From contig CACPDT010000001.1 of the NCBI GenBank assembly GCA_902632665.1, positions 29,172-93,171 on the forward strand: a DNA stretch of 64,000 nt. Reading direction: 5' to 3'. Both the position numbers and the translations under genes were made by a program. The DNA is from an uncultured Pelagibacteraceae bacterium. GTDB taxonomy: Bacteria > Pseudomonadota > Alphaproteobacteria > Pelagibacterales > Pelagibacteraceae. A model generated the notes under the pieces. It did no database searches. It worked only from the letters and a program-made list of their open reading frames with translations, and was not told the DNA's origin. Below are positions 19,161 to 29,927 of the stretch, in pieces (positions within the stretch are counted from its first letter, which is position 1; each line of letters starts with the position of its first letter).

Positions 19161-20005
19161 TGCCTTTTTCCAGAATAAAATCACACGCGAAATTAAATTT
19201 GGCATTAAATGTTATAAGCAAAAGTAAATCTTTGCACAATATAGAGAGCATAATAAGCTTCGTAGATTTGCACGACACAATTTTGATCAAAAAAATTAAA
19301 TCAAAAAAACATTTGATTTCATTTAATGGAAAATTTTCTCGAAGGATAGGTAAGAAAAATACTGTTTCTAAATTATTTGAGATCTTAGAAAAAAAAAAAA
19401 TTTTAAAAAACCAAAGATTTCAAATCAAAATCAAAAAATCTATACCTGATAAAGCTGGCCTTGGAGGTGGCTCAATGAACGCAGCGAGTATTTTAAGGTA
19501 TTTGGCTGATAAGAGAATAATCACTATCAAAAATAAGGAAATGTTAAAAATTTCTAAGTTAATTGGTTCAGATGTGATGTTAGGCTTAAATCATAAAAGT
19601 AAGATTTTAAATTCAAGAAATAAAATAAAATATTTCAACAATGTAAAAAAAATTTACCCATTAATCGTAAAACCAAGTTTTGGTTGTTCTACTAAGGATA
19701 TTTATTCAAAGGTTAGAAAGTTTGAAAAAGCAAAATTTGGTACGGGAGCCAAAAAAATGTTTGATATCAATTTTTTAAAAGATATGAAAAATTCCCTAGA
19801 AACAACAGCTTTTTTAAAATACCCAAGATTAAAAAATATAAAATTTTATTTAGAGAATTCACTAAACCCAGTTTTTGTAAGAATGACAGGATCGGGATCA
19901 GCTTTAGTTGCATATTTTCAAACAAAAAAAAGATGTGAACGTGCGAAAAAAAGGTTTATTCATAAATACAAAAATATCTGGTGTATAGCCTCAAAAACTA
20001 TATAA
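19160..20005 (+). CDS. ispE: 4-diphosphocytidyl-2-C-methyl-D-erythritol kinase
   Basis: AKLNLAL, IP..AGLGGGS, GSDV, RMTGSGS. Confidence 0.93.
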   Translation: MPFSRIKSHAKLNLALNVISKSKSLHNIESIISFVDLHDTILIKKIKSKKHLISFNGKFSRRIGKKNTVSKLFEILEKKKILKNQRFQIKIKKSIPDKAGLGGGSMNAASILRYLADKRIITIKNKEMLKISKLIGSDVMLGLNHKSKILNSRNKIKYFNNVKKIYPLIVKPSFGCSTKDIYSKVRKFEKAKFGTGAKKMFDINFLKDMKNSLETTAFLKYPRLKNIKFYLENSLNPVFVRMTGSGSALVAYFQTKKRCERAKKRFIHKYKNIWCIASKTI

Positions 20006-20038
20006 ATTTGATTTTTTTGTGTTATACGAACTTAATAT

Positions 20039-20112
20039 TGGGGCGTAGCCAAGCGGTAAGGCACGGGTTTTTGGTACCTGCATCCTAGGTTCGAATCCTA
20101 GCGCCCCAGCCA
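20039..20112 (+). tRNA. tRNA-Gln(TTG)
   Basis: Cloverleaf TGGGGCG...CGCCCCA G CCA, anticodon loop TTTTGGT, T-loop TTCGAAT. Confidence 0.97.
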
Positions 20113-20115
20113 AGT

Positions 20116-21390
20116 ATGAAAAATTTTTTAGATACAATTTTTTTTAGATCAAATAATTTAAATTATATAAGTCAAAGTATTCGAGATTTAACAAAAAATA
20201 CTCCAGCAAATAAAATATTTAAAGCCATAAATTCTTATTCATCAGATAGTGAAGTAAGATTTGTAGGAGGTTGCATTAGAAAAATCATTAATAAAGAAAT
20301 AGTAAATGATATTGATATGGCAACAAATCTTGATCCTCAAAAGGTTTGTGAAGCTTTAAAAGAAAATAAAATTGATTATTATGAAACTGGTATTGAACAT
20401 GGAACAATTACAGCACTTATAGAAGGGTACAAGTTTGAGATTACCTCATTGAGAGAAGATATTTTAACAGATGGAAGACACGCAAAAGTGAAATTTTCAA
20501 AAAATTGGAAAGAGGATGCATTAAGAAGAGATTTTACTATCAATTCCATTTACGCGGATGAAGATGGAAACTTGTTCGATCCTTTTGAGGGTAAAAAAGA
20601 CTTAGAAAATGGTTTTGTAAGTTTTATAGGGGACGCTGATAAAAGAATTAAAGAAGATTATTTGAGAATTTTAAGATATTTAAGATTTTTTGCCCATTAC
20701 TCGAAGCATCCGCATAATCCAGAATTAATCAGAAAACTTAAAATTAATATTGGTGGCATCTCAAAATTATCTAAAGAGAGATTGTTAGATGAATTAAAAA
20801 AAATAACTCAGTTAGAAATATTAGAAAAATTAGCTGATGACAAATTGGGCTCAGAATTATTTTTAATCATTTTTCCTGAATTAAATAATTTAAAAACTTT
20901 TTCAAAATTAAACTCAAAAAAAAAAGAAATAATTGATAAGGCTGATTTTGTCTTTCTATTATCTTTAATGATTATTGATGAGACAGATAATGCAGATTAT
21001 TTTATGTACAAATTTAATATTTCTAAAAAAGATCAAAAAAGAATTAAAATTATTGATAATTTTTTTAAGGAAAAAATTGGACCAAAAACTTTTAGAGAGG
21101 AAAACTTTAATGGTATTTTTTATTATAATGGAAAACAAGCTGTAACTGATATTCTTAATTATTATTTAATTAAATCAAAAAAAAATTCTGAAAATATTCA
21201 AAAATTAATTGATTTCTACAAAGATAAAACAATACCAAAAATGCCAGTGGGTGCAGAATTTTTAATGGAAAAATTCAATATTCCTGAGGGTAAACAATTG
21301 GGTGTAAAACTAAAAATAATTGAAGAAGAATGGGTGAAAAATAATTTTCAAATTTCAGATAACCAAGTAAGTCAAATTGTTAACAATTAG
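20116..21390 (+). CDS. cca: CCA tRNA nucleotidyltransferase
   Basis: FVGGCIR, DIDMAT, GIEHGT, RRDFTINS, EDYLRILR. Confidence 0.9.
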   Translation: MKNFLDTIFFRSNNLNYISQSIRDLTKNTPANKIFKAINSYSSDSEVRFVGGCIRKIINKEIVNDIDMATNLDPQKVCEALKENKIDYYETGIEHGTITALIEGYKFEITSLREDILTDGRHAKVKFSKNWKEDALRRDFTINSIYADEDGNLFDPFEGKKDLENGFVSFIGDADKRIKEDYLRILRYLRFFAHYSKHPHNPELIRKLKINIGGISKLSKERLLDELKKITQLEILEKLADDKLGSELFLIIFPELNNLKTFSKLNSKKKEIIDKADFVFLLSLMIIDETDNADYFMYKFNISKKDQKRIKIIDNFFKEKIGPKTFREENFNGIFYYNGKQAVTDILNYYLIKSKKNSENIQKLIDFYKDKTIPKMPVGAEFLMEKFNIPEGKQLGVKLKIIEEEWVKNNFQISDNQVSQIVNN

Positions 21391-21863
21391 ATATATTTTA
21401 CGTCCTTAATTTCAAAATTTTTGACCCCGGCTGGAGTTTTTATTTCAACTAAGTCATTTTTATTTTTTCCTATTAAACCTTTACCTATAGGCGATTGAAA
21501 ATAAATTAATTTTTGTTTGAGATCAGCTTCATCTTTTCCTACAATCTTATAATTTATTTTTTCTCCAGTATCTAAATTTTCTAAAAACACAGTCGAGCCA
21601 AAGATTACTTTACCATCATTATTTAATTTCGTAACATCAATGACATTTGCTCTAGCAATGATATCATTAATTTCAGTAATCCTTCCCTCATTATGAGACT
21701 GCTCTTCTTTAGCAGCGTGATACTCTGCATTTTCTTTTAGATCACCATGTGACCTCGCTTCAGCAATCGCTGCTACAATCTTAGGTCTTTTTTTTTCTTT
21801 TAAAAAGATTAATTCATCTTTGAGTTTATTTAAGCCATTTAAAGTAATTGGTTCTTTGTCCAT
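21387..21863 (-). CDS. greA: Transcription elongation factor GreA
   Basis: ARSHGDLKENAEYHAAKE, SPIG. Confidence 0.97.
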   Translation of the reverse strand: MDKEPITLNGLNKLKDELIFLKEKKRPKIVAAIAEARSHGDLKENAEYHAAKEEQSHNEGRITEINDIIARANVIDVTKLNNDGKVIFGSTVFLENLDTGEKINYKIVGKDEADLKQKLIYFQSPIGKGLIGKNKNDLVEIKTPAGVKNFEIKDVKYI

Positions 21864-21864
21864 G

Positions 21865-22692
21865 TTATTTCCATTTTGCTAATGGAGGTAATGACATTAA
21901 AATACCTTCGACATTTCCACCAGTTTGTAAACCAAATTTTGTTCCTCGGTCATAGAGTAAGTTAAACTCTGTATAGCGACCTCTTTTTATAAATTGTAAT
22001 TCTTTATGTTTTTTAGTCCACTTTTTCTTCATTTTTTTTCTAATGATTTTTTCAAAAATAAATTGAAAAGTGATCCCTACATCTCTTACAAATTTAAAAT
22101 CTTTTTCAAAATTATCTTTTTTATAGTCAAAAAAAATTCCCCCAATACCTCTCGGTTCTTTTCTATGAGGTAAATAAAAATATTTATCACACCATTTCTT
22201 ATATTTTGTATAATATTTCTTATTGTGTTGATCACACATTTTTTTTAGAGTTTTATGAAATTCTTTTTTTTCCTTATCATCTTTTATTGATGGGGTTACA
22301 TCCATACCACCACCAAACCAGTCCTGAGTTGTACAGATATATCTTGTATTAAAATGCATGGCAGGAATCATGGGATTTTTCATATGCATTACAACTGAAA
22401 TACCAGAAGCCCAAAAACTGGGATTTTTTTTTGCACCTAAAATATTTTTTTGAAATTGTTTTGGGAATTTTCCATGAACTTTAGAAAAATTTACTCCAAC
22501 TTTATCAAATATTTTTCCATTTTCTAAAATTCTAAATTCTCCACCTCCCTCATCTCTTTTTTTACTTCTGTTCCAAACAGTGGTTTTGATATCTGCATCT
22601 TTTCTTTCAAGGTTGGTTATAGTATGCCAAATAGCTTCTTGTAGCATTTTGAACCAATTACTTGTGATGTCTTTTTTAATTTCTAAATCCAT
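21865..22692 (-). CDS. hemF: Oxygen-dependent coproporphyrinogen III oxidase
   Basis: WFGGGMD, RGIGGIFFD, RGRYTEFNLLYDRGTKFGL. Confidence 0.97.
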   Translation of the reverse strand: MDLEIKKDITSNWFKMLQEAIWHTITNLERKDADIKTTVWNRSKKRDEGGGEFRILENGKIFDKVGVNFSKVHGKFPKQFQKNILGAKKNPSFWASGISVVMHMKNPMIPAMHFNTRYICTTQDWFGGGMDVTPSIKDDKEKKEFHKTLKKMCDQHNKKYYTKYKKWCDKYFYLPHRKEPRGIGGIFFDYKKDNFEKDFKFVRDVGITFQFIFEKIIRKKMKKKWTKKHKELQFIKRGRYTEFNLLYDRGTKFGLQTGGNVEGILMSLPPLAKWK

Positions 22693-22693
22693 A

Positions 22694-23167
22694 TTAGATT
22701 AATTTAGTTTGTTTTAAACTTTCTGCCAATATGATTGCAACAGAAGATGCAATATTAAGTGAGCGTTTATTATTTTTCATAGGAATTTTGAGTCTATCTT
22801 TAATTTTTTTATGAACCTCATTTGGAACTCCGGCACTTTCTCTACCAAAAAGAATAGTGTCATTTTTATTAAACTTAAATTTTGTGTAAGAAACAGACGC
22901 TTTTGTGGTCATTAAAACTATTCTTTGATCTTTTTTCGATCTAAAAAAATCATCTGAGCTTTGATGAAATTTTATGTCTTTTTCATTCATATAATCCATA
23001 ACGACTCGCTTAAATCTTCTGTCACTTAGCATAAACCCGCAAGGCTCTATTATTTCAAGTTTTGCACCTAGGCACGCACAGGTTCTTATTATTGCTGCTG
23101 TATTTTGAGGTATGTCTGGTTCAAATAAAGCAATTTTAGGGCCATGATTTATCAAATTCTGTGTCAT
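22694..23167 (-). CDS. trmL: tRNA (cytidine/uridine-34 2'-O)-methyltransferase
   Basis: PDIPQNT, FGRESAG, RSLNIA SPOUT motifs. Confidence 0.92.
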   Translation of the reverse strand: MTQNLINHGPKIALFEPDIPQNTAAIIRTCACLGAKLEIIEPCGFMLSDRRFKRVVMDYMNEKDIKFHQSSDDFFRSKKDQRIVLMTTKASVSYTKFKFNKNDTILFGRESAGVPNEVHKKIKDRLKIPMKNNKRSLNIASSVAIILAESLKQTKLI

Positions 23168-23257
23168 TCTTTCAGTAGTAAATTTATCATTTTATATTAT
23201 ATGAAATCATATATTTAAGTAGAAAAAAGCAATATTGAGTATATTTAACTATTATTG

Positions 23258-23767
23258 ATGTCAGAAAAAAAAACTAATAGACGAGACTTCTTATTCACAG
23301 CAACCTATGCAGTTGGTGCGGTTGGTGTTGGTGCAACCGTATGGCCAATGATTGATCAGATGAACCCAGACGCATCAGTTAAAGCTTTAGCGAGCACTGA
23401 GGTTGATGTGAGTGCAGTTAATCCAGGTAAAACAATTACAGTTTTATGGAGAGGTAAACCAATTTTTATTCGTAGAAGAACACAAGATGAGATAGCTGAA
23501 GCAAGATCTGTAAAGTTAGAAGATTTAAAACATCCTGAAAAAGACGAGGATCGTGCAGTGAACCCCGAGTGGTTAGTCATGCTTGGAGTGTGCACTCACT
23601 TAGGCTGTGTTCCTTTAGATCAAAAAGGTGAATACAATGGATGGTTTTGTCCTTGTCATGGTTCTCACTATGATATCTCTGGAAGAATTAGAAAGGGACC
23701 AGCTCCGACTAATATGGAGATCCCCAAATATGAATTTGTTAATGCTAATACAATTAAAATTGGATAA
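23258..23767 (+). CDS. petA: Cytochrome bc1 Rieske Fe-S subunit
   Basis: Tat motif RRDFL, CTHLGC, CPCHGS. Confidence 0.98.
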   Translation: MSEKKTNRRDFLFTATYAVGAVGVGATVWPMIDQMNPDASVKALASTEVDVSAVNPGKTITVLWRGKPIFIRRRTQDEIAEARSVKLEDLKHPEKDEDRAVNPEWLVMLGVCTHLGCVPLDQKGEYNGWFCPCHGSHYDISGRIRKGPAPTNMEIPKYEFVNANTIKIG

Positions 23768-23769
23768 TT

Positions 23770-25032
23770 ATGAGTGATCACGAATACACACCGAAATCAA
23801 AATTTGGAAAATGGTTTAACGATCGTTTACCATTATTAACTCTTGCAAATCACTTAACTGATTATCCGACACCAAAAAATTTAAATTATTGGTGGACGTT
23901 TGGTGGAATATTAACTTTTTGTTTGATTACTCAAATTGTAACCGGTTTAGTTCTCGCAATGCATTATATTGCCCATGCTGATATGGCTTTTGATAGTGTA
24001 GAGCATATTATGAGAGATGTTAACTATGGTTGGTTAATTAGATACATTCATGCAAATGGTGCTTCAATGTTTTTTTTGGCTGTTTATATTCATATATTTA
24101 GATCATTATTTTATGGTTCTTACAAAGCTCCTAGGGAAATAATTTGGATAATAGGTATCATCATTTATTTATTAATGATGGCAGCTGCATTTTTGGGTTA
24201 TGTACTTCCATGGGGCCAAATGAGTTTCTGGGGTGCAACTGTAATTACAAATCTATTTAGCGCAATTCCTTTAGTAGGCGAGGGTATCGTCACTTGGTTA
24301 TGGGGAGGTTACTCAGTTGATAATCCTACTTTAACACGATTTTTTACACTTCACTATTTAATACCTTTTTTAATTTTAGGTTTAGTTGTTCTTCATATAT
24401 GGGCACTTCATGTTCCTGGAAATAATAATCCAGTTGGAATTGACATTAAAAAACCTTCAAAAGATACAGTACCATTCCATCCATACATTGTAATAAAAGA
24501 TGGTTTTGCTTTACTAATGTTTATGATTGTTTTTGCATTTTTTGTCTTTTACACGCCAAATATTTTAGGTCATGCAGATAATTATATTGAAGCTAATCCG
24601 TTAGTTACTCCGGCACACATTGTTCCAGAGTGGTATTTATTACCATTCTATGCAATTTTAAGATCGGTCCCAGATAAACTTTTAGGAGTAGTTGCAATGT
24701 TATCTGCTATTTTGATTTTAGCAGCTCTTCCGTGGCTTGATACTTCAAAAATTAGATCAGCAGTATTTAGACCTTTGTATAGACAATTTTATTGGATCCT
24801 TGTCGCTGATGTTTTGATCCTTGGATATGTGGGTGCTATGCCTGCTGAGGGATTATATCTGTTAGTCGCTAGAGTGGCTACGGCATATTATTTTTTACAC
24901 TTTCTTGTAATACTTCCAGTTTTAGGTTGGAAAGAAAAAACTCTACCGATTCCATTAAGTATTACCGAATCGATATTAGGTGGTTCACCTAATTTAGCTA
25001 CAGCAAAAAACAGGGAAAGTTTGAATAAATAA
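23770..25032 (+). CDS. petB: Cytochrome b
   Basis: [24 protein letters not shown]. Confidence 0.98.
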   Translation: MSDHEYTPKSKFGKWFNDRLPLLTLANHLTDYPTPKNLNYWWTFGGILTFCLITQIVTGLVLAMHYIAHADMAFDSVEHIMRDVNYGWLIRYIHANGASMFFLAVYIHIFRSLFYGSYKAPREIIWIIGIIIYLLMMAAAFLGYVLPWGQMSFWGATVITNLFSAIPLVGEGIVTWLWGGYSVDNPTLTRFFTLHYLIPFLILGLVVLHIWALHVPGNNNPVGIDIKKPSKDTVPFHPYIVIKDGFALLMFMIVFAFFVFYTPNILGHADNYIEANPLVTPAHIVPEWYLLPFYAILRSVPDKLLGVVAMLSAILILAALPWLDTSKIRSAVFRPLYRQFYWILVADVLILGYVGAMPAEGLYLLVARVATAYYFLHFLVILPVLGWKEKTLPIPLSITESILGGSPNLATAKNRESLNK

Positions 25033-25812
25033 GTGAAAAATTTTTTTAAAATATTTTCATTTATTATCTTATTTTCTGGACTTTCATTGAACACTCAAGC
25101 TGCAGAAAAAGTTGAATATTTAAAAACTGATTGGAGCTTTAAAGGTCTTTTTGGAAAGTTTGATCGAGCTGCACTTCAAAGAGGATATCAAGTCTATACA
25201 GAGGTATGTTCTTCGTGTCATTCGATGAAATATTTAAGTTATAGAAACCTAGCTGAAAAAGGGGGGCCAGAATTTTCTATAGATCAAGTAAAAGCTATTG
25301 CTGCATCTTTTGAAGTCAAAGATGGACCAAATTCAGATGGTGATATGTTCACTCGTCCGGGCAGATTATCAGATAAGTTTGTAATGCCCTATGATAATGT
25401 TCAAGCTGCACAAGCAGCAAATGGAGGTGCTTATCCACCAGATATGTCTGTATTAGTTAAAGCAAGAGGAGGTGGGGTAGATTATATTTACTCATTGCTT
25501 CAAGGATATGAAGATCCACCAGCTGGAGTTACTTTAGATGATGGTGTTTATTATAATAAATACATGTATGGGAATAAAATAAAAATGGCTAATCAATTAT
25601 CAGATGGACTAGTAGAATACTCTGATGGTACAACAGCTTCTGTTGAACAAATGTCAAAAGATGTAACAACATTCTTGATGTGGTCAGCTGAACCTCATTT
25701 AGAGTCAAGACATCGAATGGGTTTTAAAGCTATCGTGTATTTAATTATTTTAACAATCCTAGTTTATTTCAGTATGAAAAGAATATGGTCACGTATTGAA
25801 ACGGAAGTTTAG
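25033..25812 (+). CDS. petC: Cytochrome c1
   Basis: RGYQVY..VCSSCHS, PPDMS, C-terminal TM. Confidence 0.97.
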   Translation: MKNFFKIFSFIILFSGLSLNTQAAEKVEYLKTDWSFKGLFGKFDRAALQRGYQVYTEVCSSCHSMKYLSYRNLAEKGGPEFSIDQVKAIAASFEVKDGPNSDGDMFTRPGRLSDKFVMPYDNVQAAQAANGGAYPPDMSVLVKARGGGVDYIYSLLQGYEDPPAGVTLDDGVYYNKYMYGNKIKMANQLSDGLVEYSDGTTASVEQMSKDVTTFLMWSAEPHLESRHRMGFKAIVYLIILTILVYFSMKRIWSRIETEV

Positions 25813-26862
25813 AACGTCTCCATCTTTAACTATATAATCTTTTCCCTCTAACCTCATTTTTCCGTTATTTTTTGAATTTACCCAGCCATCATTAGATATG
25901 AAATCATCGTAAGAAATAGTTTCAGCCCTAATAAATCCTTTTTCAAAATCAGTATGAATTTCACCTGCAGCCTTTGGAGCGGTACAATTTTTTTCAATTG
26001 TCCATGCTCGAGTTTCTTCGGGTCCAGATGTAAAGTATGTATCTAGGTCAAGAATTTCGTAACCTTTCTTAATTAGTTTATTCAATCCTGTCTCCTTCAA
26101 TCCAATCATTTCCATATAATTTTTTTTCTCATTACTATTCAATTCATTTATTTGATTTTCTATGTCTGCAGAAACGATTAAAGTATTGTTGTTTCCATAC
26201 TTATCAATAAATAAATGAGTGTAATTATTTCCACTCTGAACACTTTGTTCATCAACGTTACAAACAAAAATTTTAGGTTTGAGTGATAATAACCCAGATT
26301 GATTAATCTGCTTTTTATTAAATTGAGTTTTTAAATCATCAAAACTTTTATTATTATTTATACAATCCATAGCTATTTCAAGAATTTTGATTTGATCTTC
26401 ATCAACATTTTTTTTGTTATTTTTTTCTAACCTTTTTTGAATAGATTCGAGATCTGCAAGCATCATCTCTGTTTCTATAATTTCAATATCTCTTACCGGG
26501 TCAACGGAAGGATTAACATTTTGAATATCATTAGAGTCAAAACACCTGATCATGTGAATAATTGCATCGACTTCTCTAATATGAGAAAGAAATTTATTTC
26601 CCAAACCTTCACCTTTAGATGCGCCTTTTACTAGTCCAGCAATATCTACAAAAGAGATAGTGGTGTTAATTATTTTTTTTGATTTTGAAATTTTTGCTAA
26701 ATTATTTAATCTTTCATCAGGAACTATTACAACTCCAATATTAGGATCAATAGTACAAAAAGGAAAATTAGCTGCCTGTGCTTTACTGGAATTAGTCAGT
26801 GCATTGAAAAGAGTGGATTTACCAACATTAGGTAATCCAACAATCCCACATTTAAAACTCAT
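25789..26862 (-). CDS. ychF: Redox-regulated ATPase YchF
   Basis: GIVGLPNVGKSTLFN, NFPFCTIDPN, DIAGLV, TGS domain. Confidence 0.97.
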   Translation of the reverse strand: MSFKCGIVGLPNVGKSTLFNALTNSSKAQAANFPFCTIDPNIGVVIVPDERLNNLAKISKSKKIINTTISFVDIAGLVKGASKGEGLGNKFLSHIREVDAIIHMIRCFDSNDIQNVNPSVDPVRDIEIIETEMMLADLESIQKRLEKNNKKNVDEDQIKILEIAMDCINNNKSFDDLKTQFNKKQINQSGLLSLKPKIFVCNVDEQSVQSGNNYTHLFIDKYGNNNTLIVSADIENQINELNSNEKKNYMEMIGLKETGLNKLIKKGYEILDLDTYFTSGPEETRAWTIEKNCTAPKAAGEIHTDFEKGFIRAETISYDDFISNDGWVNSKNNGKMRLEGKDYIVKDGDVLNFRFNT

Positions 26863-27422
26863 TATTTATTATTAACTGTGCTAGAAAATAAATCTAATTT
26901 TTTGTCTACAAGTATTGAAAGTGATTCTGTTATATTTTTGGATATTTTTTCTAAACCCATAATTTCTTCATCATCAAAGTTTTGCAAAACATAATCAGAT
27001 ATTTCTAAAGGTCCTTTTGGTTTTCCTATACCTATTCTAACTCTTGAGTAATCTTTTCCAATAAATTTATCAATGGAGGAAATACCATTGTGACCAGCAC
27101 TTGATCCGCCAAATTTTGCTTTTATTTTTCCAAATTCAACATCAAGATCATCATGAAAAACAATTACATTTTCAGGTTCAATTTTAAAATATTCAATTAG
27201 TTCTCTAATACATATTCCAGAGTTATTCATAAAAGTTAACGGCTTAATGGCATAAACTTTTTTACTATCAATATTACCAGTTGTTAACAAACCTTTGAAT
27301 TTTGGTTTTTGTTTTGTAAGCCCAAATTTTTTGTTAATGGAGTCTATAATTTTAAACCCAACATTATGTCTATTATTTTCACTATCTGGAGTTGGGTTAC
27401 CTAAACCGACAAATAAAAGCAT
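26862..27422 (-). CDS. pth: Peptidyl-tRNA hydrolase
   Basis: VGLGNP, RHNVGF, HDDLD, GHNG. Confidence 0.97.
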   Translation of the reverse strand: MLLFVGLGNPTPDSENNRHNVGFKIIDSINKKFGLTKQKPKFKGLLTTGNIDSKKVYAIKPLTFMNNSGICIRELIEYFKIEPENVIVFHDDLDVEFGKIKAKFGGSSAGHNGISSIDKFIGKDYSRVRIGIGKPKGPLEISDYVLQNFDDEEIMGLEKISKNITESLSILVDKKLDLFSSTVNNK

Positions 27423-27455
27423 AACTATTTTAATTAGTATTTCAAATTTAGTGGA

Positions 27456-28184
27456 TTATTTTTTTTCTTCTGGAGCTTTTTTATCTGCAGGTTTTTTATC
27501 ATCACCCTCTTTTTTATCACCTTCTGCTGCTGGTTTATCTCCTTCAGCTGTTGCTGCTTCTGCTCCTTCAGCGCCTTCTGCACCCTCTGCAGCTTCTGCT
27601 TCCGCAGGTTTTTCTGGTTCTTTCATTACTGTCGGTGCTGCTAAGGTTGCAATTACGAAATCTCTTCCTTGAATAGTTGGTGTTACTTCTGCATCTAGTT
27701 TTACTGAGGAAATTTTAAAACTTGAACCAATATCGATACCATCTAAATCTAAAGTAATACTTTCTGGTATTTTTTCACTTGGGCATTTTAATTCAACTTT
27801 CCTTCTTACAATGTTAAGTACACCACCTCTTTTTAAACCTGGAGATTTTTCATGATTAATAAAGTTAACTGGAACTTCAATCTTAATTTTTACTCCAGGA
27901 AGAACTCTTAAAAAATCTACATGAGTAGGTTCATCACTTATGATGTGATATTTTACTTCTCTAGGTAATACATTTTGAGATTTTCCATCTACATTTAATG
28001 TAATTATGTTTGATAAAAAGTTTTCTTTCTCAATCAAACTTTTTAATAATTTCTTTGATATAGAAACTTTTTGATTTTGGTCTTTACCTCCGTAGATAAT
28101 CCCCGGAACACTGCCATCATTCCTGATAGCATTGAGTTGACCTTTAGTTTTGTTATCTCTGATTTTGGCTTCTAATGAATTCAT
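27456..28184 (-). CDS. rplY: 50S ribosomal protein bL25/Ctc
   Basis: VPGIIYG, HVDFLRV, SPGLKRGGVL; low-complexity AEG/K tail. Confidence 0.95.
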   Translation of the reverse strand: MNSLEAKIRDNKTKGQLNAIRNDGSVPGIIYGGKDQNQKVSISKKLLKSLIEKENFLSNIITLNVDGKSQNVLPREVKYHIISDEPTHVDFLRVLPGVKIKIEVPVNFINHEKSPGLKRGGVLNIVRRKVELKCPSEKIPESITLDLDGIDIGSSFKISSVKLDAEVTPTIQGRDFVIATLAAPTVMKEPEKPAEAEAAEGAEGAEGAEAATAEGDKPAAEGDKKEGDDKKPADKKAPEEKK

Positions 28185-28227
28185 AAAACAGAGGTTTTTA
28201 ACCCATGTTCATAAATAATCAAGGTAA

Positions 28228-29160
28228 TTATTTGAACAAATCTGAAACTGATGTCGAATTAGAAATTCTTTTTATAGCTTCTCCCATAAGGGCAGAAATT
28301 GGTAAAACCTCTATGTTTTTAACATTTTTAGTTTTCGCACTATTATCTATCGTATCTGTAATAACTAAATTTTTAATAACTGAATTTTTAATTTTTTTAA
28401 CCGCATCTCCACTTAACACTCCATGAGTAATATAAACATAAACATCTTTTGCACCTCTTTGTTTTAAAGCCTTAGCAGCATTGACGATAGTACCACCAGA
28501 ATCAATTATATCGTCAACCAAGATACATGTTTTACCTTTTACATCGCCAATAACATTCATTACTTGTGATTGACCGGGTTTTGGTCTTCTCTTATCAACA
28601 ATAGCCAAACCAATGTTTAAAATTTTACCAAGTGCCCTAGCTCTTTCTGTGCCACCGACATCTGGTGCAACACAGATTAAATTTTTATTTTTGATCTTTT
28701 TTTTAACGTGTCGTGCAAAGATTGGAGTAGAAAAAAGGTTGTCGACAGGAATATCAAAAAAACCTTGAATTTGACCAGCGTGGAGATCAACTGTCACAAC
28801 TCTATCTGCTCCTGCTTTAGTTATTAAATTTGAGACAAGCTTTGCTGATATAGATGTTCTTGGTACAACTTTTCTGTCTTGTCTTGCATAACCAAAATAA
28901 GGAATTACAGCAGTTATATTTTTTGCTGATGATCTTTTTAAAGCATCAATACATAATAATAATTCCATTAAATTGTCATTAGCTGGTGAAGAAATAGATT
29001 GAATTATAAAAATGCTATTCCCTCTTATATTTTCATTTATTTCAATGTAAATTTCACCATCTGCAAATTTTCTTATACTAGAATTGACAAGTTTAGATTT
29101 TAAATATTTAGCAATATTTTTACTTAGGATTTTATTACTATTTCCAGTTAATAATTTCAT
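28228..29160 (-). CDS. prs: Ribose-phosphate pyrophosphokinase
   Basis: [36 protein letters not shown]. Confidence 0.97.
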   Translation of the reverse strand: MKLLTGNSNKILSKNIAKYLKSKLVNSSIRKFADGEIYIEINENIRGNSIFIIQSISSPANDNLMELLLCIDALKRSSAKNITAVIPYFGYARQDRKVVPRTSISAKLVSNLITKAGADRVVTVDLHAGQIQGFFDIPVDNLFSTPIFARHVKKKIKNKNLICVAPDVGGTERARALGKILNIGLAIVDKRRPKPGQSQVMNVIGDVKGKTCILVDDIIDSGGTIVNAAKALKQRGAKDVYVYITHGVLSGDAVKKIKNSVIKNLVITDTIDNSAKTKNVKNIEVLPISALMGEAIKRISNSTSVSDLFK

Positions 29161-29167
29161 GAAAAGT

Positions 29168-29926
29168 TTAATTAATCATAATTATTGAAATATTTCTACC
29201 ATAATCATTTAGATTTAATTTTAATGATCTTCTTGCACTAAAAAAATTATTTTTTTTATCGAATGTATCAATTTTAATCATATCAATTTTATCGATTTTT
29301 TGTGATTTAAGTTGAGATTTGACATAATTTGGTAAATCAAAATAAATTAATTCGTTTTTATTTTTAAAGAAAATTTTGTTTTTTTTGTGTTTTTTAATAA
29401 ATTTCTTTTTAAAGTCAGCTTTTACCTCATAGTTTTTTTGAGTAATTGACGGACCAATTGCTCCAATTATATTTTTTGGATTACACCCTTTTTTATGCAT
29501 AAAATTAATAACATTTCTGACTATCCCTCTATACGCACCTTTCCAACCAGCATGGATAGCCGCGATAATTTTTTTTTCATAGTCATATAATAACACTGGT
29601 ACGCAATCAGCGGTCAATACAGCTATTGGCAGTTTTTTTTGATTAGTTATAATTGCGTCAGCTTTAATTTTTTTTTTTAATTTAGAGTTTTCATTTAGAA
29701 AAACCAACTTATTGCTATGTACTTGATGTACTAAATAAATATTTTTTGCTTTTTTCCCTATTTTATCTTTGACAATCTTTAAATTTTTTAAAATATTATT
29801 TTTGTTGTCATGAGAACCGGGACCACAATTTAGACTTTTATATATCCCTTTTGATGTACCTCCATTTTTATTAAAAAAACCATGACTTATATTTTTTTTT
29901 TTTAATAATTTTCGAGAGGTGATCAG
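29168..29926 (-). CDS. pgeF: Purine nucleoside phosphorylase / peptidoglycan editing factor (YfiH/PgeF), probable CTG start
   Basis: Frame extends 73 codons upstream of the called ORF (SHGFF, SLNCG, HQVHS); also TADCVPV, HAGWKG, FFSARR. Confidence 0.88.
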   Translation of the reverse strand: MITSRKLLKKKNISHGFFNKNGGTSKGIYKSLNCGPGSHDNKNNILKNLKIVKDKIGKKAKNIYLVHQVHSNKLVFLNENSKLKKKIKADAIITNQKKLPIAVLTADCVPVLLYDYEKKIIAAIHAGWKGAYRGIVRNVINFMHKKGCNPKNIIGAIGPSITQKNYEVKADFKKKFIKKHKKNKIFFKNKNELIYFDLPNYVKSQLKSQKIDKIDMIKIDTFDKKNNFFSARRSLKLNLNDYGRNISIIMIN

Positions 29927-29927
29927 A

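Noticed and set aside
27456-27630. Short repeats (GCAGAAG-like) at the end of rplY
   Set aside because: They encode the ordinary low-complexity Ala/Glu/Gly/Lys tail of bL25.
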